DNA of 64,000 nt from Felis catus. Its lineage: Eukaryota. The stretch covers positions 127,102,001-127,166,000 of the forward strand of contig NC_058368.1 in the NCBI RefSeq assembly GCF_018350175.1, read 5' to 3'. The notes beneath the pieces were generated by a model. It was not told the DNA's origin and ran no database searches. It saw only the letters and a list, made by a program, of their open reading frames with translations. The stretch's first letter is position 1. Each line of letters opens with the position of its first letter. The translations under genes and the position numbers were made by a program. This document shows, piece after piece, positions 13,288 to 27,410 of the stretch.

Positions 13288-13476
13288 GAGTGCCTGGGTG
13301 GCTCAGTTGGCTCAGATCATGATCTCGTGGTTCCTGAGTTTGAGGACCTCGTCAGGCTCTGTGCTGACAGCTCAGAGCCTGGAGCCTGCTTCGGATTCTG
13401 TGTCTCCTTCTCTCTCTGCCCCTCCCCCACTCGCACTCTCTCTGTCTCCCTCTCTCAAAGCAAATAAATAAATAAA
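13288..13476 (+). mobile_element. Can-SINE with a short deletion in the head
   Basis: gggtggctcagttggctcagatcatg; TSD aagatata(a)tcag(t/c)ata. Confidence 0.92.
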
Positions 13477-14396
13477 GATATAATCAGCATAGATTTTGTC
13501 TTAAAAAAAAAAAAGAAAAGCTCATACTACAACAGCTGATTTCCAAGCATGGGTGAGAGCAGCACAAGGCCGCTTCAGAACTATAGGACAGGTGCTGTGC
13601 AGGGGATCAGAGGTGTTCCCTCTTTCAGTCACCGGTGCACAATACTTGGACACACTGTAGAGAGAGCTGTGAAACACTCCAGACCAACCAGACCTGCTTG
13701 TTAACACAGTACCTTTCATGCTCAAGTCACCCATCCTTTTCTTGTTTCTCAACCCCATGATTCACACCGATGTTCACTCCAGTTTTTTTCATTTTTTCTT
13801 TTTTTTGCCTTTTATGTGGATAGGCTTGTATAGGACAGTTGGGAAACATTATTTTAGAGTAAGAACTCACAGTGTCTGTCTTTGAAATGATACCAAAGCT
13901 CTTAAAGATAGAAAAGCAGACATTAAATTTTGCTCTAACATCTAAAATGACATCAAACTAGGCAGTAAATAAGACAGGTTGTGCAGCACTGACCACTTCA
14001 CAGTTCAGGATGACTGATACAAATCACAGGTCAAGAAGCCCTTCGTCTGTCCATCATTTGTCAGAGGAGTACCAAAAAAAATACATTTCTGCTTTTTTCA
14101 TGAATGAATCATATTTTCAATTGAAAAATTAATCGCTGTACTAAAGCAAAAATCTCCTAACTTCAAAACAGTGAGTATTCAACCCCTTTCCACCTCAGAT
14201 TCCCAAGCCTGTAGGCTACCTTCTTTCCAAAGTGAGCAACTACTACCATTGTCCTGAGAGCACATGCAGAAAAATGCCCGCAGGTAAAAACATATTCATG
14301 TATGCTGACAGTCTTTCCATTAAATAAAAAGTCTTTCCAATTAAATAAAAAGAAATGTTGTGCCCTAACTTTTTCATTTAAAAATATACTTAAATT

Positions 14397-14603
14397 GGGG
14401 CGCCTGGGTGGCTCAGTTCATTAAGCATCTGACTTGAGCTCAGGTCATGATCTCAGGGTTTGTGAGTTTGAGCCCCGCAGCAGGGTCTCTTCTGACACCT
14501 GGGAGCATGGAGCCTGCTTCATATTCTGTGTCTCCCTCTCTCTCTGCCCCTCTCCCGTTCGCGCGCTCTCTCTCTCTCTCAAAAGTAAGCAAACATTAAA
14601 AAA
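14397..14603 (+). mobile_element. Can-SINE
   Basis: TSD aaaaatatac(t/c)taaa. Confidence 0.95.
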
Positions 14604-14677
14604 ATATACCTAAACCGAATTAATAATGATGCAAGTTATTCAGTGGAATAATTTTCTGCAGTAAAAAGAGTGAGAAT

Positions 14678-15270
14678 AGAGCCACTTTGGAAAACAGAAA
14701 ATTAAACAGAGAGAGGTACTATTTGATCCAGCAGTTCCACTACTGGGTACATACCCAAAAGAAATAAAAACATATGCCCACACAAAAACTTTTACATAAA
14801 TATCCACAGCAGCATAATTCATAATTAGCCAAAAGAGGAAAATAACTCAAATGTCTATCAACTGATTGATGAATAAACAAAATGTGGTATAGCAATATAA
14901 TACTATTTCTCCATAAAAAGGCATGAAATACTGTTACACGCTACAACACAGATGAACCCTGAAAGCATTATATTGAGTGAAAGAGCCAGTCATAAAAGAT
15001 CAAATACTATTTGCTTCTATTTATACAAAACATTCAGAACAGGCACATATAGAGAAAGAGATTAGTAGTTGCCTACGGCTGAAAGTGGGGTGAGTGAAGG
15101 GGGAAATGGAGGGTAATAGCTAGATTATCCTGTGTTTCCTCTAGGGTGACACAATGTTCTAAAATTGACTGTGGTGATGGGTGCACAACTGTGTGACTAT
15201 ACTCAAAATCAATGAATTGTACACTTTCAATAGGTGAATAGTATGGTATGAGAATTAATTCAATAAAGCT
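14678..15270 (+). mobile_element. LINE-1 3' end fragment (L1MB-like)
   Basis: ccactttggaaaacag...gatccagcagttccactactgggtacatacccaaaagaa...tgtggtgatgggtgcacaact...caataaagct. Confidence 0.9.
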
Positions 15271-17840
15271 CTCCCAAGAAAGATCAGGAAGGCTCTTCAC
15301 ATACTACCATATTGTCAAGTTAAACAAACAAACAAACAAAAACACAAGCTGCGTAACAAACTATAAACTGTTCTCCTTTTTGTATAAAAAGGGGGGATGA
15401 ATAGAATTCATATTCTCATTGTCTGCACTTATATAAACAAACTCCAAAGGATACACAAAACTAATGAAAGTGGATACCCGTGAGAATGAGAAATCTTTTC
15501 AAATTATGACAATAATAATAATAAACAACACCTGGACAGAGCTCCATATCAGAACATAAGAGATCGTCCTCAAAGCTACACAATATTCAATTATTGCTGC
15601 TCCATAAACTGTTCAATCAACCCCATTCTGACCAACATTTAGGCTGTTTCTAGTCTTCTATTACAAACAATGCTGTAGATTATCTTTGTGCATATATTTT
15701 TTCACCTACACACAGGCATATAAGCAAATACTAAAAAGTAGAGTTGCTAGATTAAAGATGGACAATATAAGAAATCCTTAAGGTAATGCAACCAAAGAAT
15801 ACCCCTTAAATTTGTTACAGTTGTAGCAGCTGTTACACTCCCACAGAGCTTAATTGCAATTACTGAGCAAAACGCATTTTTCTGAAAAAAGATTAAATGA
15901 AAATTTAGGATTTTCTCACTTAGTGTTGTGAGTGCATTAAAGAAACAGCACAATAAGCTCATTTTTAAAAAATTCAGACAAAACCAAGTGGTTTATTCAA
16001 CATAAGCTCTGAAACTTGAGAAAAAGAAGCCTCCTTTTAATACGGCATGAATTCATTATGTGGTTTCCCAAATAATGTGCACATTTAAAGTGACCTTTCA
16101 GACTCAAAGTAGGAGGCTCAGAGCAAAAGGATGAAAAAAATCTCAGTTTTAATTAAGATAAATATCAACTGATAAGCCCCAGTTAGACTACTTGGAGTCC
16201 AAGAAGGCAAAACTGTCATCAAAAGAAATGGAAAGCATCAGGACAACAGTAAACTTGGTAAAATTTAATTGTGTGAAGTTTAGATGGTATAAAGTGATAT
16301 TACTGAGTTCATGGAACACAGGACTATGTTTAGAAGCATTCGTCTCCTTTTCTTTCTACTGTCTCTGGCTCATTTTGGAGTTGTTTCTAAGTAGTTCTAT
16401 TTAGCTGCATTATCATCTCTGCTTAAAGAGACATATCTGGGCAGAGGAAACTGTTATTTTCTATGGTCAATGAATGCTAAGCATTACCTAAAAATATGCT
16501 ACGGTTGACAGAATATATAGTGTGCATGTATATGTGCATATATTTCTCTGTATCTATCTATTTATCCATCCACCCACCCATCTATAATGAATGTTAGGAA
16601 GTCAGAAGAATTAGAATGCAATCTATTTCACACTAAAACCTTGTGTTACTTATTTTTGTTGTTATTATTGATTTTGCCATTATTTTGTTGTTTTATGATC
16701 CAGAAAGTACTTGAGAACTTGGATTATGAGCACAGAATTATGGCTGTGATGATAACTGGTGATGAGCTTTGGTTAATACAGCCCAGAGTATATTTGTTCT
16801 TTGAAGCTAATAGAATCCATTCATGAACTGCTTACAGGTGGCCAGAGAAAAGAACACTACATATGTTGTGAGCAGTCTTCTCAATTAGAACTTCTGTCTT
16901 TTGTGCTATTTATTGTGTCATAGTGAGCATACCTTACTACCAGCTGAAGGTCAATATATGCTTTGGGAAGATTACACCAGCTAGCTCATATAATCATTTT
17001 TTTACACACATATATCTACTAACCAATTACATTTTGAACTCAAACCTTAACTAAATTTAGCCCATAGCATCATCAGGACACTGAAATCCACGTACTCATA
17101 GCAAAGGACAATTCAATACGGATTGCTTCATGGGAAACTTGCTATCTAAAGTTAAGGTATATTTACCATGAAGAAATATAGATGCTACTTTTTTTGTTGT
17201 TGTTCTTTTGTTTGTTTGTTTTTGTTTTGCTTTGTTTGTTTTTAAGTGGTCACATTACTAAATAGTTCTTACCCATTTCTGGAAGTTCTTTCATTTCTTT
17301 GGCTGAAAGAAGCATTGGAAAATAGAGGGCCTAATAAAAAACGCCATTCAAATCTAGCAAAACAAATCCCAGGAGATCCTTACACTTTGCATAAAGAGAG
17401 ATTTACAACAAAGCATTGTGAGGGCACTTCTACTCTAGAAGGCTTTCCTTCTATCCCTAGGTCAAGTTCACTTTCTCTGACTTTGGCCTACCAGGGCTTG
17501 CAGGAACACATTCTAGCACCAGAGGTCAGGGTCAGATACACAAAGAAAACAACCCAGACAAAGATCAACACTGAGGATTGACAGTGGGGAACCCATGATT
17601 CTGACATTTCCAGATTTTCACAGCAAATGTGGATGTGATACCATATAAATTCAAGGTCTTTAGAGGGCATTTTCTCATTTCTTTCCTTTTTTAAAGGATT
17701 GAAAAGATGGCCTTCTTTCTGCTCTTCATACCTACTAGATATTCAAGGACTTTACATTGTAATTGTCTTCTACCCAATTTTGCTCTGCTAGCTCCTTTAG
17801 TTCTCAGCTTCCCTGACCACCTTAACAAAAGCGCATCTCC

Positions 17841-17841
<1 letters not shown>

Positions 17842-17886
<45 letters not shown>
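17842..17886. repeat. (CA)n microsatellite
   Basis: Visible CA run. Confidence 0.97.
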
Positions 17887-17889
<3 letters not shown>

Positions 17890-18685
17890 CCCTCATTAAC
17901 CAGTCTTTTGGGTATTGTCTTCACTGCATTTGCAATATTGGAAACCATTTGTTTAATTATTTTTGCTTAGTAAGCTCTATGAAGGGAAGGAAGGAGGCAC
18001 TATCATATCTCCAGTACCTAGAACGTACAAGAGACTATATATTTGTCTTTAAAGAAATATACTGAAACTACTCTATGAAAAACAACAGAAAATTATCCTA
18101 AATAAAAAGCTTGGTTGAACTACTTCTAAAAAAACTATATATCTATCTTCTTAAGGCCTCATTATAGGCTACCATTGAAATATAAATCATTTATGTATAT
18201 TAAAGAATGAATAAAGAAAATAATATATATTTTAAAAGGGCTGTATCAAAGAAGCTTCTAGTCTAGATTTAGCTAGCAGTGAAGTTAATTTCTTCCATAT
18301 TCTTGTGAACTTATTTAATAGAATAATAAGTTTAGATTAAGATTTACACATATTAATCTTCAACTTAAAGAATAATTAGTTTTACCTAGAGCTGTCACGA
18401 CATTTTCTCAGTAAAATTTCCATTATCATTGCACTCATGAACATTCTGATGTGAAAATCATGTATATGTCATATCATATACCATTTTCTAAACAGCTAAA
18501 ATCCTTATATCCTCAAATAGTACACCATATCAAAGCATAACTTGTGTCAGAACTAACAACTTTATGTTATAAAAACATAAACAAGAAAACATTAACAGGA
18601 GTTTTTTGCCTTCTGATAATAATAAAGTGGTTAATATTTATTTGGCTTGCTGTGAAACCAGCATTGTGCCAGGTGAGCATTTTCC

Positions 18686-18901
18686 TCTTTTTTTAAATAA
18701 ATTTTTAAGTTTATATATTTGAGAGAGACAGAGAAGTGTGGGTAGGGGAGGGGAAGAGAGGGAGAGACAGAGAATCCCAAGCAAGCTCAACATGCCAACG
18801 CAGAGCTCAATGAGGGGCTTGAACTCATGAACCGAGAAATCATGACCCGAGGCAAAATCAAGAGGCGCACCCTTAGCCCACTGAGCTACCCAGATGTTCC
18901 C
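18686..18901 (-). mobile_element. Can-SINE
   Basis: TSD ggtgagca..ttcc. Confidence 0.93.
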
Positions 18902-20457
18902 GGTGAGCACCTTCCATGTATTCTTCCACTGAACCTTCACAGGAACTCCATGGGTAGTTTTAACCCCTTGTCTAGAATCAAACCAGTTTGTAAGTGGTAG
19001 ACCCTAATTTTGAAGTCCACTGGCTTCAGGAGCTACCCAATTTCTTCAGTAATTATGTCAGCAATTCCAAGCAGCCTTTGTATTTCATTAGCTCAGCTCT
19101 AGGCTGTCATATGCTGTCATATGTCAGGGCCTAAAGAGATAGAGATACTTTGAATGCAGTCAAGCAGATAAAGTTTGATATCCAAATGATATCAAAGATT
19201 AAAACTACCCATGGAACAAAACAGAGTATCTATAAAGCTATTCCAAGACAGGGCCATCTGGCCTATTTCTGGCACGGGAAGATTAAACATGTGACGCCAA
19301 ACTTTCTGAGCGCTTTTTATTTCTGTCTGTAAAATGCTTACAGGGTTTCTTAGATAACTGAGAAAAAAAGAACTCACTTTCTATTAAAGATTCCAGATTA
19401 AATATCTGTATATGTAGCATAATTTCCACCTACCCACCTACCAGTAAAAGCAACTCAGACCTACTCAGACCTTCCCCAAATATCTTTTAAGTCACCAGAA
19501 TTATTCTGAGGAAACCAGGCCTTATTTTCTAACTTTTAGTTCCCTTAGTCAGAACGTCTATATTACAGGGAATATTTCCTTCTCTCCAGTAGCATGAATT
19601 AATTTATTCAGGATGTTATACTAAATCAGAAATAGCTAGGATTGAGACCAAACTCTATACAAGGTTTCATGGATTTAACTCCCTTTCCCACCAAATGTTT
19701 TAGGAAATTGCAAGTTCCAACCTGAGTTGATACACAAGGCACAGACTTTTCTCCTATCTGACTACATGAATCTATTCTATCATAGCCAAAACAGATTGTC
19801 ACGCATTTAAAAAGATTGTCCTGAGGGTAATTTTTTTTTTCTTTTTTTCTCTTCAAATAGATTCACATTCTAAGTTTGGGCACTAATGAATATAGAAAGT
19901 CAAGGAAGACTTGAAAGCAACTTTTTATTTAGAAATATTTGAGAAGACAATACGGCATTCATTTGGTATTCAGTTAAATCTACTTTATGTGAATTGAAAT
20001 TTACAGAGTAGTTTATCCCTATGCAATATTTAGGAAGTGACTGAGTGAAAACGCCTAGAGCAATTGGCACCAAGGGAATTTGGTACTTTAATTTAAAATA
20101 TTTTGGGAAGCCCAAGTTTGCATGTGTAGGTCTGTATTCTGTATTCTTTTTGTATCTCTTATGTATACATTCACTAATACACAAATGGCATGAATTATGG
20201 AAGCAGATGTGTTTGATGCTTTGAACAAATTATCCAGTTTATTGAAGTAAATTATCTAAAACTTATTTGTGTACTGGAAATTCAAGCATTTTTTGACTAG
20301 AAAATTACATGTGAGGATTTTAAAAGAAATCACACATTAAATTACCAGAACTTGATAAAGAAAGTATAATCACCAACTAGACAAACCAGAAGTGGAAAAA
20401 GAAAAACACACAAACAAAACTTCAAAATCTAGTTATTTAATAAGGGATGACTGGGTA

Positions 20458-20686
20458 GGGGCGCCTGGGTGGCGCAGTCGGTTAAGTGTCCGACTTCAGC
20501 CAGGTCACGATCTCGCGGTCCGTGAGTTCGAGCCCCGCGTCAGGCTCTGGGCTGATGGCTCAGAGCCTGGAGCCTGTTTCCGATTCTGTGTCTCCCTCTC
20601 TCTCTGGCCCTCCCCCGTTCATGCTCTGTCTCTCTCTGTCCCCAAAATAAATAAACGTTGGAAAAAAAAATAAAAAAAAAAAAAAG
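20458..20686 (+). mobile_element. Young SINEC_Fc-type SINE
   Basis: Intact A box (TGGCGCAGTCGG) and B box (GAGTTCGAGCC), many CpGs and a long A tail. Confidence 0.97.
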
Positions 20687-20697
20687 AAGGGATGATT

Positions 20698-20912
20698 GGG
20701 GAGCCTGGGTGGCTCAGTGGGTTAAGCATCCGACTTTGGCCCAGATCATGTTCTCATGGTTTGTGAGTTCAAGCCCCACGTCAGGCTCTGTGCTGACAGC
20801 TTGGAGGCTGGAGCCTGCTTTGGATTCTATGTCTCCTTCTCTCTCTGCCCCTCCCTAGCTCATGCTCACTTGCTCTCTCTGTGTCAAAAATAAATAAAAA
20901 TTAAAAAAAAAG
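20698..20912 (+). mobile_element. Older Can-SINE directly downstream of the previous element
   Basis: ggggagcctgggtggctcag head; flanked by aagggatga. Confidence 0.95.
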
Positions 20913-22242
20913 AAGGGATGACCAAGGATACATAGGTGGAAGAAGGAGGTGATTCAAGTGTGAAATTACCTTAAAATTTACTAAAGTCTCATAAACAAAG
21001 TTCATAAACCAAATATCACACTTTTTCTGACTACTGGCTAAAGTCCATACAAGTTCTTTATGGAATTGACCACAGTTTGTACAGAAGAGACAGGGTATAC
21101 TAAATGGGGTGGGTTCTGAAGTTAGACTGACTTCACAAGTAGTAGCATAGGACCAGAGCTGTTATAACTGCACAGAAATGCCTGTAGTCCAGATGTATGG
21201 CTGAGAATCATGTAATAACGTGGCTTATCGTTAAAGTCTGATAATAATCTGACATTGGCAAACAGGTTGTTTTCCATCATTCCCTTGTATGGCAGTTGTA
21301 ACCTTTATGGGCAAATCCTTTATGGTGAACTGGAGTGGGACACGAATGACGTTGCCTTCTGATTTTCAACATGACAGTTCTTTTGAAAGCCCCTATTAGA
21401 TCCCATTAGATGAAATGGTCATTTGCGTAGATTAACCCAGTTAAAGCCATGGATTTTATACGATGTTATAAGGGAATATAACCGGGAATATAACTATAAC
21501 TCAACCATGGTAATAGTAAAATGAGTTTATTTCGTAAGCAGGCAAACTAGCTAGTGGCAGTTATCTGGGGAAAGGAAAAGTTCATTTCCCTTATTAGTGA
21601 AACAAGGCCCTAAACATTTTATAACATTTAACTAAGATCTATAAAAATAAAAGTCTCCTAAAGATTATCCGTAAAGACAGACATTGGACAGTAAGTTAAA
21701 TTATGTTAAATATTAATTCTATGACTTACTTTTGTTTAAAATTCGCTTCTTTCCAACTATTTTTCCTGATGTTCCCCTCACATGTTCCCTTTCTATGTGT
21801 ACATTAAAATTTCCCAGTTTATTTTAAGTTTGAAAAATTAAAGGCTAAATTCAACTAAGTGAAAAAGAAATGTGTTGGTTTTAAGGTTTATTTAAATAAA
21901 ATAAATTTAAATATTTAACTTGGCTGGCACAACCTTGTTAGGAGGTGATTAAATAAACAATTTATTTAAAATGAAAATATCCCTCTAGCCCAGGGAAAAT
22001 ATTTTGGCCTAAGAAAATAAAATATTCTACACTTATTTCATATTATGCAACCCCCTTTCCCCAAATGCAAGCAGTGAGAATAATTTTTAAGTTTTTCTGT
22101 TCACTACTGGATTTCTGAGAGCAACTGAAACACCCTTAAACTACAACTGTTTCCTCTTACCATGAAACTAAAAAATATTCCAAGAGATATAGTAGCAGGT
22201 AAAACTAGAAATCCTTTGCCCCACAGGAATATTTTAGAAACT

Positions 22243-22362
22243 CACTAGATTGGAAATTTTATGAAGGTGAGGACTATATATTTCATCAATGTCTCTCTAA
22301 CAGCCAGTAGGATGTCTGGGGCAAAACTGTGTTAATAAACATTGTTAAATGAAGCAATGAAA
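22243..22362 (+). mobile_element. LINE-2 3' tail fragment
   Basis: cactagattggaaattttatgaaggtgaggact...aataaacattgttaaatgaagcaatgaa. Confidence 0.6.
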
Positions 22363-23211
22363 AATGCACTTTACTTTTGCAACTAATAGAAAAGCTACAG
22401 AAATAGAACACTTCTTTAAGAACTGTACATTTTAAACTACAGAATCAAATTAAATGATCCAGTGGTAGAAAATGTTTTTGTACAACAATAAAAGCAAATC
22501 ACTTCCTCTATCATTAAGGGTTAGGCCTTAATTTCTTAGAATTCCAAACTATTGAAGTCTAGAAGTGTGATAATAAAGCTAAAGGCTAACTAATAACGGG
22601 AAGTGTTCACAGTACAAGCAGGAATGCTAACTCAGCCTTTGGAGGTCAGTGGTCAATTCCATTTGTTAGGGCTCTAGGACAAGCTTGACTCTTTGACTCA
22701 GCATCTCAGCTGTGGAATCTGCCAGTTGTGAGAGCTGTGTTGGGCTTCAAAATGTTCACAGTGAAGCTAGAGTGAGCCTGGAGTGGTGGTCTTAGCACCT
22801 CCCTCCAGCTGGTCTCCTAGTTGCACATAAAAACCACCCCACGGATAGAGACAGAAGTTGACCATGTTACCTCAGTGATTAATATGTGCAACACACACTA
22901 GAATGTTCTGTTTGCCCTGTTTCTTACTAGTTGATGATGCTGAGATGAGTCATTCAGGCAAGGAGAAAACGTTGAGGAAACCTGGGAAGCACAGAGTCTA
23001 AAACAAGAGAAATATGAGGGGATGGAGAGAAGTGTTGAGATAAGAATTACCAGTGGAGATGGTAAACTACAGGTGAAAACCACAGGACAAGCAAAAGTCA
23101 TCTCAGATACTTTACAACTCCTTGCACAGAGAGTAAACTCTATCTCACAACTTACTCAGTACAATCTGTAAGCAGAGTGGCATTTATTAAAAAAAAAAAA
23201 AAAATTAAACT

Positions 23212-23404
23212 GGGGCACCTGGGTGGCTCAGCTGGTTGAACATCAGACTCTTGATTTTGGCTCAGGTCATGATCCCAGGGTGGTGGGATTGAGCCCTGTG
23301 TTGAGTTTGGAGCCTGCTTAGGATACTCTCTCTCCCCCCCTGCTCCTCTCCACCACTTGCCCTCACTCTCTGTCTCTCTCTAAAATAAAAAAAAATTAAA
23401 AAAA
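23212..23404 (+). mobile_element. Can-SINE
   Basis: Typical head, CT tract and A tail. Confidence 0.93.
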
Positions 23405-25904
23405 TTAGGAATGAAAACAGCTTGTAACATTTCTTTGTAATGGAGAGCAAACAACTCACTGTTCTTCTCTCTTCCTGCAGAGATATTGAAAAGCCCATGA
23501 TGGCAAAGGCACTGTGCTGGGCACAACGGTACAAAATGAGAAAACTCAGTTTCCCCTACAACACACTCATAGTCCAAGGGGCTACAGCAGGCCACTCAGC
23601 AGACAACTACTGCAATGCTCTAATTGCAGTAGTTAGCTCTAATACTGCAAGAGCTCTAATAGAGACATGTCCCAGGTTTCATGAGGACACAGAGACAGGA
23701 GTCTTAATTCTGAACGGGGAGGTCTAGGCAGATTTCCCATAAGAAATGTTAGGTGGGGGAAAATCTAAGCAAGAGTCTGGACATTAAATTGTAGTCAAAT
23801 GATTACTGTAAACTGACAACAGCTTTAAGTGCTGATGTAGTCCTATATACCAAATTATGATTTAAACAATTAGTATATCTGAGTTTAACCCTGAATTTAC
23901 ACTTCGGACAAAAGTTCGTGAGAATTTATGAACTACATATATATCGACATGGGATAAACACTCAAAGAGCATTTTGCAGAAAAAAACCACCGAGACACAA
24001 AATCGTACATACTGTATTGTTACTTTTACATAAAATTCAAAAGCAGAAAATAATGCAATTTTTGAAATCAGGATAGTTGTTACATTTGTAGGGGGTGGGC
24101 AGTGGCTGAAAGCGGCACAAAGGTGGCTTCAGGATTGTTGATAGTAGTATTTTCAATCTGGGCAGTGATTACAGGGGTGGCCACTGAGAACCAAAATTAC
24201 TAATTACTTTTTATTTTTGGTTTGCAATATCCACAAAGAGTTTTAATGCTTTGCAGGATTCACACACAGTGTGTTCTTTCTAGGTGACAAATTACCAAAA
24301 ACATGTCAAAATTTCTAAAAAGTACACATTTGTATGTATGTATAAACCCTGCTTTTGCTACAACTTTTATTTGCATGCAAATTTAATGGCAGAGTTTACA
24401 CATAAATAATGATTATGAGGTCATTAGGCCCACTTAAATGGCAAGCAGCTACATTATGCCCCTTTTTTCTCTAATAGATATCACCAATTAATGGCAACAA
24501 CTTTTCTCTCCAAGCCCCAAAGTAGCTCCTGGTACTTTATTGCATATCGCTATTACTAACTGACCAGGGATGAAAAAGATTAGCCATCCTGACTTTAAAC
24601 AATGAGGACTGTCTAGTTCTTTATTTACATGAGAAGTGTCTTATAATTATGGAGAAATTTCAGGTGTATTTCTAGGTAAGGGTGTAATTTCATACCTATG
24701 TATATACAATGGTTTTCTCAATTTCAATCACATCTCAATTAAAAGCACATTTACTAAAAGCAGATTTGCCTTTTGTTTTTTATATTACCCTAGAAAACAC
24801 TTGCTGATTCATATACAATTAGATTCAGTTTTAACAAGAAGACTCAAACAATTGGGACTAATTTTCCAAGCAAGAAACTCAGAGCATCTTTAGTGGGCCA
24901 ACTTTTCCCCCCTAGGGTAGTTAACTGCACCCTCAATCACACCTTTTAACCCAATGTACAGTTGTTAATTATGACAAAGTAATGCCTTTACACATTATTA
25001 TTGGTAAGGATTCATGAAAAAATAGGTAGATACCAGAGATATTGGAATCTAATTGCCAGATCTCACTAAGCCACTGCATTCTCCACATTTCTAGGCCCTC
25101 TGCTTTAGAGTCCATCCTGAAGTAACACTTTAGGCCCCAGGAACTGATCTCACCAGATCTCGATTTTTAGCTTGTTGTCTTTCTAGAAATGGAGAAGGAG
25201 GCTGAAGCCCTTTTTGCTGAGCTGGGATGAAATGGTAAACTAAACAGGGGTCCTACCCAGCCTGGGGCCTGGTAAGGAGAATGAGAGTCAGGCTACAGAG
25301 AGAACAATCTGCAAACAACACAACCAAGAGTATGAGGGGAGGAGCATAGGGTCTGGACAGGTAGGGAAAGGCAGGCAGTGACATTGTTGTAAAGACTGGA
25401 CCACCTGGCAGCCCTGAGTAGGAAGGTTACATGGAGAAAGTCTTCACAGTTGGACCCGGCGATGATGTTCAGGCACTGTCTCTTTCTTTCAGATTAAACC
25501 CCTGCCTGGAACCGCTTCCCTAGAGGATTCTGACCAATTTTTAAACAACAGACTCAGAGGTGTTTTAGCATCCAGTTGACTTCTTATACTCCCCTCTTCT
25601 CTGTGTACTTTATTGCTTTAACCCCTCTGAATAGAAGTAAGTCAGTGTTCACATGTAGAGTTCTTGATTTTTTTTTATAAGTTACACTACAAACAAAGGT
25701 AAAAAAAAAAAACTTCATTACACAAGCCAACATTTCCTAGGCACTCACAGGAGTCAGCCACTGTGCTAAGGACATTAGGTTTACTAACTCAGTTGATGTG
25801 TTTACATATATACTATCGCTAAAGGTAATATTTTATAATTTTTAAGGGTATACGAACCCATGAAATTCTCTTATTTTCCCTGCAATCCTGGGTTAGTCAG
25901 TTTA

Positions 25905-26070
25905 CTTCATGAGGCCTCAGTTTCCTCAACTACAAAATGAGGAATACTAATAATGGGTACCTCACAGGATTTATGTTGAGGACCTAATGTGATAATTCCT
26001 GTCAAATGCGCAGCATAGTGCCTGGAACATAGTACGCATTCAGTAAATAGTCATTACCACTATTTTTATT
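25905..26070 (+). mobile_element. MIR
   Basis: gcctcagtttcctcaactacaaaatgagg...acctcacagga...gtgcctggaacatagtacgcattcagtaaata. Confidence 0.85.
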
Positions 26071-26444
26071 GCTGCAAATACTATATTGGGAAAGCAGAAT
26101 TTCAAGACATGAATTTTAGCTACTTAATTAACTATGTGACTTCCAAAAAATTTAATGATCAGGTTCAGTTGTCTAGGGAGGACTTTGGTCAACACAGTGC
26201 TTTGAATTTCCTTCAGGGAATTGCTGGGGCCTCAACCTCTGTACCTCTCTATGCATAATCCTCTAATCCAGTTGTTTGAGAAGTGATGATGTCATTATCA
26301 TGGTATTAGTTAACTTCACAGACCTAACTTTAGAATTACATTAAAGTCCCATACAAATTATAATAGCACTGCTTTCACACACTTGCCTAATAGACAAAGT
26401 TTTAATTCTTTATTTGACTTCAAATTTCATTTATGAATTTTTTA

Positions 26445-26662
26445 TTTAAAAAAAAATTAAGGTTTATTATTTGTCAGAGACAGAGAGAGACAAAGCGTGA
26501 CTGGGGGAGGGGCAGAGAGAGAGGGAGACATAGAATCCAAAGCAGGCTCCAGGCTCCGAGCTATCAGCCCAGAGCCCGACATGGGGCTCAAACTCACAGA
26601 CTGTGAGATCATGACCTGAACTGAAGTCGGATGCTTAACCAACTGAGCCACCCAGGCGCCCC
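26445..26662 (-). mobile_element. Can-SINE
   Basis: Typical body ending gccacccaggcgcccc. Confidence 0.95.
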
Positions 26663-27269
26663 CTTTTTTGAGTTTTTTAAAAAAATATTTCTCCAATAAA
26701 AATCTTTGCCACATAAGCACTGACATTGTTTCTAACAGTTTTTCTTGACCCTATTTGACTAGAAATGTTAAAGACTAGCAAAACTTTTCTGCTTCCAAAA
26801 TGGGGTCAGGGATGGGGAGAATTAGATTATAGGTTACTCTCTGTGGTCCCTTTCATTTCAAAGAGTTTATGGTTCTACGGACTGGTCAAATGCCAGAGAG
26901 GAAGAAGGCAGTGCAGTTTATAGTCTGACTGAGGGGAAGAGTCAATAAACTGAATGCCTCAGAAACTAGCTAGATCTCCAAAAAACGGAGCCGTGTCAAA
27001 GTCCATTTTCTATTTCTTGAAACATCTGCATGGTTCATGGTTGAAGGCTTATATGAAGAGCTCAAGAAAGAAGGCAGACAAAATACAGAGATGTTCTTGA
27101 GTTGCACAAGGTTAAAAGGAAAAAGCCTACTGACTCATTTTCGGAATACCATGAAGCAGAACTGTGCATCACGGAGGCAGTTCAGAAAGTGGAGAAAAGC
27201 AAGTAAAACAAGAACAACAACGGCAACAATAACAAATTGGCATTTAGAATTAGATCACAGTTTTCTTTA

Positions 27270-27410
27270 GCTCCCTGATTAACAAGCTGGGTGATTTCAG
27301 TTTTACCTCATATGATCATTCTGAGGACAAAATGAGCTGAATTGTGTAAAGCACCAAATCCAACGTCTGACAAACAGCAGATGCTCAATATATTGTAGTT
27401 ATCATTACAA
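27270..27410 (+). mobile_element. MIR fragment
   Basis: tgaggacaaaatgagctgaattgtgtaaagcac...atgctcaatatattgtagttatc. Confidence 0.6.

Noticed and set aside
19103..21500. Several 8-12 bp tandem duplications (gctgtcatat x2, actcagacct x2, gggaatataac x2)
   Set aside because: Ordinary slippage events with no sign of function.
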